Below, piece by piece: positions 35,350 to 49,600 of a DNA stretch of 64,000 nucleotides; position 1 is the stretch's first letter; each line of letters begins with the position of its first letter. Source of the stretch: Oopsacas minuta (lineage: Eukaryota > Animalia > Porifera); NCBI GenBank assembly GCA_024704765.1, contig JAKMXF010000029.1:11651-75650 (forward strand), written 5' to 3'. A program made the position numbers and the translations under genes. The notes below the pieces were generated by a model. It was not told the origin of the DNA, did no database searches, and was given only the letters and a program-made list of their open reading frames with translations.

Positions 35350-37669
35350 TATATGTGAACGAGCAGAGAAATTCAATAAATTATCACAAATTAAAGATTC
35401 TACTGGTGTGCAGTTCATCGAGTTAAAGGGAGCTGTAACCTTAGACTGATTTCTAAGTATTCACACAGAAATATGTACACAATTGTCCCTGTACACAATT
35501 GTCGCACCAAAATTAAGCACTAAGCTATACACAAGTGTCGTACTTCCATTAATCTCAATTATTGTTTGTTTGTTTGTCCGTTGTAAAGGAAATAATTTAC
35601 TGTACGCAAATTTTAAAATTGTAGCATAACTATATATTTATCGTGTTAAGGAAGTAAATAGAATTCAATGGCACTTCACTAAATATATCGAACATGCTGA
35701 ATCCGATTTCACACTTTTGGATTAATCATATGTAAATTTATTGTTGTTTTTATGAATATAAAGTAAACAAATTTGTAAATTTCATAATTGATGTTGATTT
35801 TTGATCTCAAAGGCTACAATTCAATAATATATATACCATATACGTATATTTGTAAATTCCATTCTTCTGAATTATCTATATTATAATACTCAAAGGTGAC
35901 GTCACTTTGGAGAATAATGGATACCTCAAGGCGCAATGTGCCGAGTTCATCGCGAACCAACGAGCCAAAGGCTCATTAATGTAAAATCTAGAAATATTAT
36001 ACTATTAACAGAAAGATTATTTTCTCATATGGGGACTCACTTTTTGCAAAGTGTTCTGTATCTCTTTTATACCTTCTTTGGAAAGTATATCGTAATCGTG
36101 TTTTGGTGGTGCTTATTCGAATTCGTAGCGAACGAATAGTTTCTAAACGAACTACAATAGAACTTCCCAAAGTGGGGTGTCCAGGAAACATTCAATCAGT
36201 AGTTGCAGGATTACATGTGTACGATATATTCAAATATTCCGCAGTACCACTTTTCGAAAGGGTGTGCCGCGTCTAAATCCTTATGTAAGAGTTCGAATAA
36301 AATAATAAGCATAATTTCCAAATCTCATGTTGAACTTTTCGCAGTGTGAAAATATGATTAATCATATGAGAAATGTCTCCACCTAAAAACCAATTGATTT
36401 ACAGTCAACATTCGCTATCTAGAATAGATCTTTGATTTCCTAGAGGGTTTGAGTTAACAGATGTTAACCGTGTGGACTGTATTATCGCTGTGAGTGTAAG
36501 TAGGAACTAGCATTCACAGCCTGGAAAGCTGGATCAGTTTATCAAACTTGCAGCTCTAAAAAGGTATAATAATCAAGGGCGGATGCAGGAATATTGTAAA
36601 GGAGGGTTGTAGAGCAGATAGCTAATGCATTTACTCTAGGTACCCAAATTTCCCAATAACCTGATCTGGTTATATGAATTTTAGAGGTTACAACGCCACA
36701 AAGCCCTGGATTACTGTGGAATTTGCAAAATCTGTAGTATTGGGAATGCTAGCAACCCTTGTAGCAACCAGAGGCGCAGCTAGCATTTAAGAGGAAATGC
36801 CAGCTACGCTTTTGGATCCACTCCTGATAATATATCCTTAAATTTTCTATACCTGAGGAATTAAGAAAACACTCAAGATTTGACGACAGATTCAGAAACA
36901 AACCAATTGGACAAGGATAATTTCTTTTTGGCATTTGTCAGAAATCAGAATCAAACTTTCTGGGCCGGTCCTTCCACTAAACTAACCAGAGACAGTAGAC
37001 TAGGACAGATCGAATTTTGTGCAGTGCGCATGTATATACATACATCACATGCGCTGACATGAGTAAGAGGGAAAAACTAAATTATAGAAACATCACTCTT
37101 AAGTAATTGTCGAAACAAACATGCATCTTCTCTACCGAATAAACCTTGCTCCCGCTTATTCATTTTTGCGAAATATTATCTCTCCAAATTGGTTTTAAAA
37201 GAATTATGGAACTATACAGCAATTCTGTAATGATTTGCTGAACCCCTTGTGAACATCAGGCCAATTGTTAATATCAGGTGTCAAAATGTAGTACGCGCTA
37301 GGCGCTACCATTTGATAATAAGTGCTGAACCAGAAAAAATATAGAAATTAAAAATAATATACACATATCAAACATTGTTAATCTTCTGCGAAATTGAACA
37401 TAAACGCAATAAATAATAACCATACCAATCAGAGTATATAATAACAATATTAATATCAAACTATTCTAAATTGGACTAATAATATAGTTCATGTTAGGAA
37501 ACAAGAAACTTTATTAAACTTAATTGACTTCAGGATTCATGTTTGAATTGTAATAAGATAGAGATGGGAATAGGGGGATTTCAAAATTATGTAAAAGAGT
37601 GCAGTGGTGGATAACTGAGAATAGATTATACTCGTATGTGAGTGAATCGTTGTTGATATCCATGGTTGG

Positions 37670-40600
37670 TTACATGGGAGGATAGATTAGTTTTTTGATG
37701 GTAGTCAAATTCTGAAAGAGATCGTTGTATTGATCAGATGACATGTATTTTACTATCAGCATTCTTCCTACACAAGGAATAGTAGATTTAATATATGGTA
37801 TGTAGAAAATGAATTAGTTGTTGTGCTTTGATAATTATTATTTAGTAGCCATAATGAGTATATTCGGTATTATACAGTAATATGATAAATTAGATATAAC
37901 TTACTTCTGTACCAAGCTCCATGTAGAGCTCTATACGCCCCTGCTGCTGCATGTATAGACTCCATCTTAACATAGACGCACCCCTACAAATAAATACACA
38001 AGTTGAATAAAAAATAATCATAGACTATAATTTGATATAATAATTCAAACTAACAATGTTAGATCTCCTGTCTACGTGAACATCTAGCACTCCTCCGTGA
38101 GGAATACACTGGTCTAGAATACAGTACTCTATGTAGTATGAAATGTCACAATCCAAAACTCTAAAAATTATTAAGTTATAATATACAATAAATATTTTCT
38201 TTTTGACCAGCAACCTAAGTATATAAGTACACCACTCACACAGCCGAATAATTAAAATATATCGGCACAGTAAAAACAAAGAAGCATGTAGAAAACAATC
38301 AGAACAATCCAAAAGTGCAATTTAATGAAGTTTATTCTAAAGATGCCTAATGCTACAATCGCAATATATTCAACAATAAATTATTACACATCATTAGAGA
38401 TAATATTTTAAATGATAAGCTAGATAGAACACTCACTTGGTTTCATTTTTGAACACATTCTCCACTCTGAAACATTGAGAAGGAGTTCCGTTGGGTGGAG
38501 CCACCTTAGAGTCTACTCCTGGTGGATAGTCGTCTAGAGCTAGAATAATACAACGATAATACTAGTATCAGTAGGCTGATGGAAGTAATAAGTAGTACAG
38601 ACAGACAAATCGGCGCAATTCAACAAGTATCGTATGTAATTATGATATTACCTCAAGAACGAGACTCGAAACAAAAGATTATTAGAATATATTATGTCTG
38701 CATAGATATATGTGTAGTATTTATTTTAATAGTAAACAAATTGCAAGATTGTATCATTGACCAATTTAGTAACTTAGGTAAAATAACGAAAATAGAGTAT
38801 CTAACTACAGAGTACAGACCACACAAATAATAATATTAACATAATTATTAACTGAGTTGTTTAATACGTCTTTCAATGAAGACGTATTACGTATAATACG
38901 TATTATACGTTCAATCTACAATTTTTGGTGATGAAACTTCTATTAGGCTGATATTTCTGCGGTAATTATTTTGCATCAAAACAGTAGTTCTCGAATTGTT
39001 AATGAGACATCTCAGCATAGCTAACCAAATTATGTAATACTTGATAATAATGTGACGTATACAAGTCTAACAATGTCAAAATCTCATATTTCGAGATTAA
39101 CCTAGACGTATAATACGTCAAATAGATTACGTACAACGTATTATACGTTATACGCGTATTATACAACTTAGATGATTAGTAGATTGATAAATAGATTGTT
39201 TACCTCTTCCTTGCCAGCATGACATTCTCTCTTTCACTTCACTACTCTAAAACGAACTCATTAAACACACATAAATATTAACAAATTATCAGAATATATT
39301 CCATAATAGTTGTAGATTTCTAAATTTCTAAATTTTTCATTTATACGTATACGTATATTACAATGTTATACTCACGTCTGTTGGCATTGGTTCTAATTCA
39401 ATCCATTTCCACACTTCTACATCAGCTCCTTCAATTCTCCTCATCTCATTCCTAACTCTGCTTTCATTACAACTGATGTAATCTACTGCTTTCCTCCATA
39501 GCTTGTATTTAGAAGTTCTATAGAGATTACATTCAATATGGAGTATATTATTAACATTATGGCAAAAGTGTGAGAGCATTGCATATTTATTCAGGGCTTA
39601 GTGCAAGTATTTTTTATTAATAAACCATATTAAACTGTTGACTAATTATTAGATGTACCTCCCTAGCTTGATTATAATATAGAGTTAATTATTACAGAAT
39701 ATATGTGTGAGCTAGCTGAATGGGAGAGTTTTTTTTATTTCGGCGCTGATTATAGGTATCAAATCATGAAACAAATGAAAGTATTAACACTAAGCAACAA
39801 TAATGATACTAGATCTTGGATGGAGAGATTGTGTTAGAGCTTATCTGCTCGTCAGCTAAATCACAGGTAATTAGGTCCGATTAACAGAAATTACTTTCTC
39901 ATTCGAAGTTTTTCCAATTCTAATAATTTCGTTAACGTGAGACAGTTGTGTACTCATAGTTTATACTCAAATATACTACCAATAATGTGTATAATAATTA
40001 TAAGAGACAGAAACAAAGTATCATAAGTAAATATTCTATATAAACTATACCTGTCTTTCTCTGGGATAATCTGATCCCTCAGATGAGTGATTAAATGGAA
40101 TTTAGTTATTCCTCCGTATTGTTTTGTAGCAATATATTCCTTACGTAGAATATCTGGAGTGTGACAGCATAAATACGATAATGATATCATCAGAATGAAT
40201 CATGTTATTATACTTACTGCTAATCTTGTGTATTATGGCAAACATCTCTTCCAAGTCTCCCATTCTCTTCTGGTGAATGTAATAGAAGATGTAGAGGAAG
40301 GTTAGATTCAAGAATAGCACTAAAATGAATATAAATATATTAATCAAATAAGGTTTATACTAAAATTATCGCAAATACAAGGATAGAATACTTGATTCGA
40401 GAGCGAAACTGGGAGGAGGTACATGCAGTCATGCACTATATAATACTTATTGAGTATTCGATACATATAGGTGTATAATTGTCCTAGATATAACTGTTTC
40501 ACTCCCCATCCTTTTTCCAGTACAATGAGGCCTGATTTCTTAAAGGGTATCACTACAACTACCATATGACTGTATGAGACAGAAATAATTGTGTTAACAT

Positions 40601-43600
40601 CTGGTTTAGTGATATAATTTGATAAAGGGCATTAGGAATGTTACATACGGACAGAGATACAACAAAAGAACAAATGAATCTAGGAAATGTTAAAGAGAGC
40701 TTACTACCTGTCTGTGAGTATTATCAGCAGAATACAATGTGCTGCAAACTTTACAGGTATCGACATGTGTTTATAAGGAAAAGCAGTTTGATTTCAAATA
40801 TAATTCAGAGAAACTGTGAATATTTGTCACAGTAGGTTTCTCAGTTATTACATTACTAATTATTTCTTAAATATGATGTTAAGTAGTACATTACTATCAG
40901 TATATATTGACAAATGTATGTAAATCATATAAGAGATTACAATTCATTATAGCAGCCATTGGATAGAAAACGTGTTGATTAGTAACCGGAGAAATAGCAC
41001 GATAAATAAGTTAGAAGGGACAAACATATGAATATATACTATACGAGCGCTACGTGGTTGCGAACACTTCTTGCCCACACTCTGGCCTATGACCCTCGAG
41101 TACATAAACTCAAAATCTTAAACGTAGCAAACATGATACTGCCATAATCTTTAAATCTGCTTACTTTATGTCCCCAAAAGTGAACAAATATTTATGAAAC
41201 GTTGTTTACAATATCATATTCGGACTCGGCATATTCGATTACTCCAGTATAGCCGTTAAATGTATGTTTCCTCCCACAATTTTGAAATTTGTTTACTTTA
41301 TGTACCTAAAAGTTAACAAATATTCTTCAATCATATTGGCTGAGCAGTGGTTAATAATGTGATTATTCGATAATCCAAGAGGTGATAATGGCGTTATAAT
41401 TTCGTAGTAGGTGTGAATTTTCGTCCAAGTCTCGAACTTGTCCGAGCCAGGCCCAAAATATCCCTGTATGCCAAAAATCAGCCTGAGGGTCCTTCAGTTT
41501 CTTCAATCAATTCTGGACACAAACATAAATACATAGGTTTTAATAATATAGATTTGTTATCATAACTATCAGTAATGTTACCAGTAAAGTAGTTATAGGA
41601 AATTATCCATAGTAATATTTTTTCATTAGCTAACTTAATACAAATTGACTGATATAACTATTCAACCAATATATATCCTTGTGGATCGTATAGCCTCGGA
41701 AGCGAAGCACATTATATTTCCATAATCAAAAGATAGAAGGAATGAAATCAGTTACGATACTGTTAACACAATATATTATCGTTAAGAAATCATTTAAATG
41801 TTGTGTCAATGCAAGTTTTCACATAATCAACTGAATACTAACATACAGCAATCTAATACATGTGTAGCAAGGTTCCACATAGTCCAATGGAGTGATTGTA
41901 AAAGGAATCAGCTAGTCAGCCATCAAGACTGTCCTCACTAAACTAGCAATTCATAACATGTTATCAGTTTATGCTAATCTGTTACTGCCTGAAATATCTT
42001 AGGCGTAGAAGACGGAAACGTTAAACATTCTGAATAATTAACAGAAAATTAGATGGAAATTAATCGAAAGAAGGATTGGACATCTTACAATTTCAATGAA
42101 ATCTGTTTGAAATTTGCATTTTAAATCGAAACAACAATTTAGATTCATTAGGCGTCGCACAGCTGATCAATCTGTACGCCAATTAGGTGTCTATAGATAA
42201 CAAGCTATATCACCAAATTCTTCGAATAAGATGCATTAATGCTATAAGTTAAAATATGTTACATTGTAATACGAATTAGAGAGGCGTACCAGGAATAGCA
42301 ATAGCTCATAACACAGTAATATTGGACAATAAAATCAAGTATCCCGATACAACCGTATTGGGATAATATTGAGAAACAATTGATAAATAATTCTTCTGGT
42401 TGGGCGAACGAATATTCGAATATTCATACGATTAGAAATTAGAATGATTTCTCAATCAAAAGTTAAATAGTCTAACTAATCTCCATAGTCAATACTTTAA
42501 CCAATCCCAATACTCAATACTTTAACTAATCCCCATACTCAATACTTTAACCAATCCCCATACTCAATACTTTAACTAATCCCCATACTCAATACTTTAA
42601 CTAATCCCCATACTCAATACTTTAACTAATCCCAATACTCAATACTTTAACTAATCCCCATACTCAATACTTTAACATTATGTGTATTGCAATTGTATGT
42701 ACATAATACTAATGAATTAAATTTTAGAAATAAGAGAATGCAATACATAATTGATTCGGGAATCGGGATGCCCCATTGGAAATAAATAAGTAAATTAGTA
42801 GGTATAATTCTATGCTCGAAATAGGGTATAAAATAACTAGAACAATACGAATAATTTGATATAGTAATATTACTGTGTAGGAGGAGGTAGACATTTAATT
42901 ACCAAATGTACTGAAGGACAATGTTATGTAAAATAATATATTCAGACAAATAAATTGGATTAAAAAGAGACAATTCCAATTAGCACGAACAAACTAAATC
43001 TGTTTGTCAAAATAATAGGAATTTTGTCTAAGAGAGCAAGTTATCTATCACAGATTATTAAAAGTAAGTGTAGGAGAATATAGATGGAATATTGCAATTA
43101 GCGTGATTCCCATAAATCCTTATAAAATTTACAAATAGTATTAATTAGTTCAAAGCTTCACTGGCAGTCAGAACCATAAATAATAAGAGAACGGAATAGT
43201 GTGTGAAACCTAGTTAGAGTGTGTCGTGATAGAGATTAGATGGTATTACACTTAACAACTAACTGATAAATGTAGTATAGAACTAGAGTATGGCCATTAA
43301 GGTTACGGATGTAAATTTCGTTAGTGAATGTATCATATATGGATATTTGAGTATTAGTCAATAGAGATGTTTCAGACAATCAGGAACTCCAATAAATTGG
43401 AACAAACCCCTTACAATAAATTCCTTGGATCTTGAAACATTTCCTAGATTTCCAAGTTCACATCTCTAATATAATAATAATTTCAGGCTGTTATTTGGGA
43501 AAAAGGTACGCGCGCGCATACATTAGCAAATATTCCGCTGGATAATCCAGGGATCCGAGAGGATTGGCAAGTAAGGAAATATCTTATAGCTACAGTACAT

Positions 43601-46600
43601 ACCACAAAGAAGATCCAAGATTTTGGAAGTATGTTGAGAAATAAGTTCCGCAGAAAAATGCTAAAATGTGGCTTGTTCAGTAATATGGTCAGTGAAATAG
43701 AGTAATAATATTAAATATCCAACTTATATGCAAGCTTTTAATGAATTTTCTTCACACAAGTTGGTATGCATGGTAATGTGACACTGTCTAAAGTAAAAGT
43801 GTTGTTCATTCCACTTGTGTTAAAAACTAATCCTCCCACCATAATACTTTAAACTAACAAGTTTATCTAATTGCATTAACAGATTGCTTACTAGATAATA
43901 AACTCAATAATTTAGAATATTTCAATGATATGAGATTTCCAGAAAACAACCCATCATTTTAGCCAGAATAATAAAAATTCTATGAAAAATCTTACATAAT
44001 ATACTATCCGTTAACTCAATAGTTTACTAAATACTATTACACTATTGTTAATAAGTTAGAGGTAATAATTAAATTTGTTAGAATCACTCACGGGGATATT
44101 AATCTTATTGTATGTAAATACATATACAATACACTGTTATGGGGAAAAAAGCTGTTTGAATTAACGAATATTCGAATTATTGAATGGAGGAATATATATA
44201 ATAATACCACTCAAGGGAAAAAAATTTGTTTGAATTAGTGTTAGTTCGAATTACAGTTGTCGACTGTATTATCTAAACCAAATATCATTCTCAAAAATAC
44301 AGCTTAGCACTTTCTAAAATGTGATCGAAAAGTTTAAGTGTAATACAGTGGGTATCGCTTACAATAAGAACCATTGTCTAGAAAACGGTTCTCATATATT
44401 ATTGTATGTTTGGCTAAATTCCAAGAAGAACTGCTCTATGACTTACTATAGATACAGCTTGCTAAGCAAAGAATTGCCAAAATAATTTCCAGGCAATTGA
44501 TAATATTCAAAATGATAATGAAGAAATTCACAAATCGTGATGAATTCAACTATTATTAGTTATCACATATCTTACAAGTTTACCCATTGAATTTCAACTT
44601 TATGTAGTTGTTCACGACTGAGACATCTAGAACACATTTGAGCATGATTAGTCAGTAATTCTAACCACAATGACGCAATCAAAATTCGTATCAATTTATG
44701 GACAAAATATGGTAAAGATAATTTTAAGGGAGCACCTACCCTCTGATCCCGCAGTGTAGATGCCGCAATTCACCAGACCTTGACTGTAACTTAGAAATAT
44801 GTAAAAATATGATTAATTATATGATAAATCGTGTAAATATAGATTTGAAATCTACACACCCAATTACCCCTGCAAACATGTTGAAACCTAATCTTTAGCA
44901 TGCTTTTAATTTTTTAATATAAAGCTCTAAAAATATGATTAATCACCACAAAGGTGTGAAATTTCACTTTAGAAATAATTCAACCCGAGGTGCTAATCTC
45001 TGCCCCAAAATGTATATGTATGCTAATTTTCATATAAATCTGACCGTTAGATTTCGTACGGAAGCGCAGACTTACGGACGCACGGACAGACCTAAGGACG
45101 TCACACATCGTCTATGCCATTAGGGCATCTCCCTATAGGAGCTGCACTGAAAAGAAACAAAAAATAACATAACAATTGTTCCACCCGTTTACAGGTTTCC
45201 ATAGCCTGCATACAGACACATAGGTTATAGACTGGCATGTTGAAACAATGGTATTTTACAGAATACCTGATAATGGTAACCGGTAGGATGACGCCTGTTA
45301 TTCTCAGTCTAGTCGACTAAAGCAAAGGTAGAAACATACAGACTAAACACAAAGCTTCATAAATGTTCTATGTATGGCTACAGAAGCTAGACAGAAGCTG
45401 GAATTTCAACTAAATGTGAGAGTTCAAAATATGAAGAGAATAATATAACACAGAATGGGATCAATAATGAGAGAATTATGTATTTAAATGTGACGTCATT
45501 GAATCAGACAGTCGCTTGTGAATATAATGATCACATCACTTAAGGCAAGTTAATAACATTCTGATTGTTAAGAAAAGCCTTACAGAAGGTAATTATGGTT
45601 TGTAATATCAGTTATGTAATGAATTGTGTAATACCATATTATTGTCCTCCATTCAGTTTATAGTGTAGACTTTATATTATTATTTGAATTACTAAAGTGT
45701 TATTTGCTACTTACCGACGCGCAGGGTTGGGACAATCACAATCATAATTGTGAAATTGTAATGTAATTGTAATTGGAAATATTAGTCTCAAGATTCAATG
45801 GTTATACCGCGGTAGTCGAGTATGCTGATTCCAAATTTCGTACTTTCAAGGTACTTATGTGTAAATAATAGTTGGTCTTAAGAAAAAATTCTAGGCACGA
45901 AGTGTCGAGCTACATACGAACACAGAGTGTCCCAAGCCGAGCAACGCAAGCAAGCGAAGCGGGTCGTTGGGATTAATTGTAATTGAATTTTCCAATTGGG
46001 GTAATTGTTCGGTTACTTTTCAATTAGATTTTAATTTTTCATGGGTGTGAATACTAAAGAAATTTATGTAATTGTGAATGTCAAATAGAATTATTAATTA
46101 GTACTCATTAACAAGGAAGCCAATAATCTTATCTTTATTAATTAATTAGCAGTTTTGTCATACTTAAATAGCAAAGTTAATTACGTATTGGAATTCGTAA
46201 TTGTGGGAATCTATATTATTAGATGGATATTTTCGTCTGTTTGTTCGTTGTCAAAGAAAGGATTTATGGAATGTTGCACCGAATTCGAATTTATTAATTC
46301 TGAGATGTCGCATAACTTTGTATTTTAGTGTGAATCAAGAAAGTAAACAGAATTCAATAAAATTGATAAACCCAACATACTAAATCCGATTTTCACACTT
46401 TTGAATTATTCATATGTAAACTTATTTGTTTGTTCTTATGAATGTGAAGTAAACAAATAGTGTTAATTGATTAATTAATCTATAAAATGGTGGTCTGAGG
46501 ATCTGGCACACCCATGGCCGATCTGGGGAAAGGATTTTCAAATCCGGTGCAAATGCCCCGTTTGCTTCCACTCCCCTGGGACCGCCACTGACTGTGACAA

Positions 46601-49600
46601 GGCGGGCCTTCAAATTGTAAATGAATTAAGTTTCGTTTAATGAACTAACCAGCTAGATATTTCCACGTGTAGCAAACTGCACTGTAGAGTGATAAGAAAA
46701 CTAAGCATTGGATAGGTTTGTAAGGATTGTGAGATATAAGCTTATCCACTTCTTGATAATAACTAATATTAGATGAATCAGCTCCAATTAAAATCTCTGA
46801 ATCTTCTCCACTCAGTAAACTAACAATCATAGACGGATAGAGTTAATATATTGTATTGTAAAACAGGATATTTTTACAGATCATGTTTGATGACAGCAAA
46901 TCCGCAGAGTATATAGTATAGTATTGAATATACGAACATACAACCCAATCTGGATTTGTATTGAATCTAAAGTGAGCTTGCATCTACTATAAATTGCCCG
47001 ATATTTCTATTGTTAGTTGATAAGATTTGACATTCAAATCCTGTACTTTGTTGCATGCCATATTTCCAATTAACCATTAAGAGTAATACATTCCTTAAGA
47101 ACAGCTGTATTAATACTATACTAGCATACAAAATAGCTGCTAATATCATGTACCAGATCGCTAGCTAAAGTGTGGATTCTCCACACAGCTGTTCTAATTG
47201 AATACAGAGTAATAATTATAGGGAGTTTGCTAGGAAGCACGTATGTGTATTAAATGTGATTTATCATTGATAAACTTACCTAACACCCCAATGAGGATTG
47301 TGTGCAAACAGCCATAGAGAGTGTTCAAATGCTTCCGATAGCTCGTTAAGACAAATATAAAATTTGAACTTGGATTCATTCTATAAATATGAAGAAATAG
47401 AAATAAATAAATCTTGCAAACGGATAACAACAATTCTCATGTAATGTAAACTATACGTAGAGTGGAGCCAAAGAATAAATGACTGTTTGGAAGCAGTTTG
47501 CCATTTGTCATAAATCATTTGATAATGATGTAAATGTAATCGAATGCTAGACACAAAATATCTAGTATAGTAAATTCTATTTGAGATTTCAAGTTGTAAA
47601 GATCCCTAGTGCAAATCTTCAAAATATACGTTTATTGCAATTTGATTCGAAAGCGCTTTAGCAGAATTTCATACCTTTGAATTAGCATATTTAACCATAT
47701 GTTCAAAGCAGATGTTTCCGCCGAATGTGGAAACCTATTTACAGTAGAATTTGTAATGATAACAACAATTCTTCATGATCAAAGAGAATATAATCAATGG
47801 GTTGGATAGTATTTTGGTAATTCTTTGCTTAGTTAGCCGTGCATATAGTAGGCCATGCTTGGATTGTTAGGATATGTTTACACAATCTGTCTAGACACAA
47901 TACATAATAAGAGTACGTGATAGACAAAACAAGAGTATTTTGGTATTCGTAGTTGTCATGAACACTTAACGTATAAACTACACTATGACATGAGATAGTA
48001 CACAGAGTGCAGCAATAAAAATATTCCATCAATATAAATCAGAGGAATGTGTACGCTGTTACATACAAATCAGTCCTATATAAATTCCATAGATATGGAT
48101 TCTAGGCTGGTATATGAGATACAGTGACAGTAGGATAAGACATACCCTTTCGGGAAACAAAAATTAGCATGTACTATCCAAATAGGGAATGCATTAAAAT
48201 GTATGGGAACTTTTGGGAGTCGTTCAGGACAGACGAAAGACCTTTGAAATTAAATTATTTCCATTTTTGAGTGAGATAATAATAATAATTATTATTATTA
48301 GATCATCAGACATACAGTGCGAACCATTAAACAGTAAAGTGATGGGAGAAAAGTAAATTAGAGACAGGATAAGTTCAAAGAGTTTAAGGATATTTTATAT
48401 ACAAAGGAGGATCAATTTACTGTTGTAGGAGAGATACAACAGTAATGATAGACATGTCTAGAGTGATAAAGCACATCTTTCAAACAAACTAGGCTAACTA
48501 AGATGATATCGATAACCTTTTGTGGATAAATTACATTAAATATTTGCTAGTAATCTATCAATGAAAACTAACGGATAGAGTTACAAATAATAGCATCCTT
48601 ATAAGGCAGAGAAATCTGGCATGAATAAATTGGTGATAAAGTTCAACTTCAAATGTTTATACGAGTCATGTTTCAGCTAGTTAACCTTCAGGGAAAAATA
48701 ACCCCGACTCTGCGTATAACAGAGGCCGCTTAATGGGATAAGGATAAATAGATATTTGCTTAACCGGAAGGAGTTTACATATAATAAAAATGCTAATATT
48801 GACAAAAGATTACGTCATGATGAAACAGTTTCCAATGTATATTGACATAAAGATATATGCAGGACCTTATGAATCGGTAGTATACAACCAGGCTGGACTC
48901 ATGTAGTATATACGTGTATTAGCTTCTAATAATACAGATTTGAGTAACACTCAAATTCAGTAAAAAACTCTGAGAATAAGACAGGATTCTAAATTGATCA
49001 TAGTCCTTAGGCCCTCAAGCTATATTTAGACAAAACCCGAAAATTCAAAATTTGATGCTAAGTTTCTTAAAGACAATTTGCATTTTAATTTAGAGTGAAT
49101 GGATGCACTCAGTCTGTCTCGAATAACTAACGAGTGATTATTGAACAAATATGTTTACTCTATATTATCGAGCTACCTTGTTAGACTTGTCTAGTAAAGC
49201 TGACTATACTAAGCTATTAAATAAGGTGAGTTAAATATGCCTATGGTAACTAACCAGTCTCCTGCTCAACTGATCTCTACTTAGATGTGCATTAATATAG
49301 TTTTTGTATCCACACTCATGATATCCTAATAATAAATAGAATTACTGTTAAACTATGTAGATAAGAATTAAGAGATGATTCTAATAAGAACAATTAATCC
49401 CTCTTCAATATTAGATCTATTGAATGATCGAATTATTTAATAACGTATAGCTAGACAGCTCTCTATCATTCTATCACACGATAACATAATAATAGTAATA
49501 TTAATGATGGTACGTACCAGCTTGATTAGATAGGAATATCTCAATTGTTCTTGCTACTTCTAAGTCTCGTTGTATTGTATGAGTAGTTATACAACACTAG

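Noticed and set aside
37930-37950. ctctatacgcccctg resembles a hAT-MITE terminus
   Set aside because: It lies inside a LEMD3 coding exon (AAAGAYRALHG) and has no partner TIR or TSD.
40380-40840. Possible nested plus-strand exons in a LEMD3 intron
   Set aside because: Splice-like signals are present, but there is no coherent frame or recognisable protein.
41850-42450. Possible decayed reverse-transcriptase fragment
   Set aside because: Many stops and no diagnostic motif. It cannot be supported without a profile search.
42489-42676. Possible CRISPR-like array
   Set aside because: Units are head-to-tail with no unique spacers, there are no cas genes, and the context is a eukaryotic intron.
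46967-47149. ORF tested as a LEMD3 luminal exon
   Set aside because: No donor in the required phase. The exon ending at 47280 fits both phase and alignment better.
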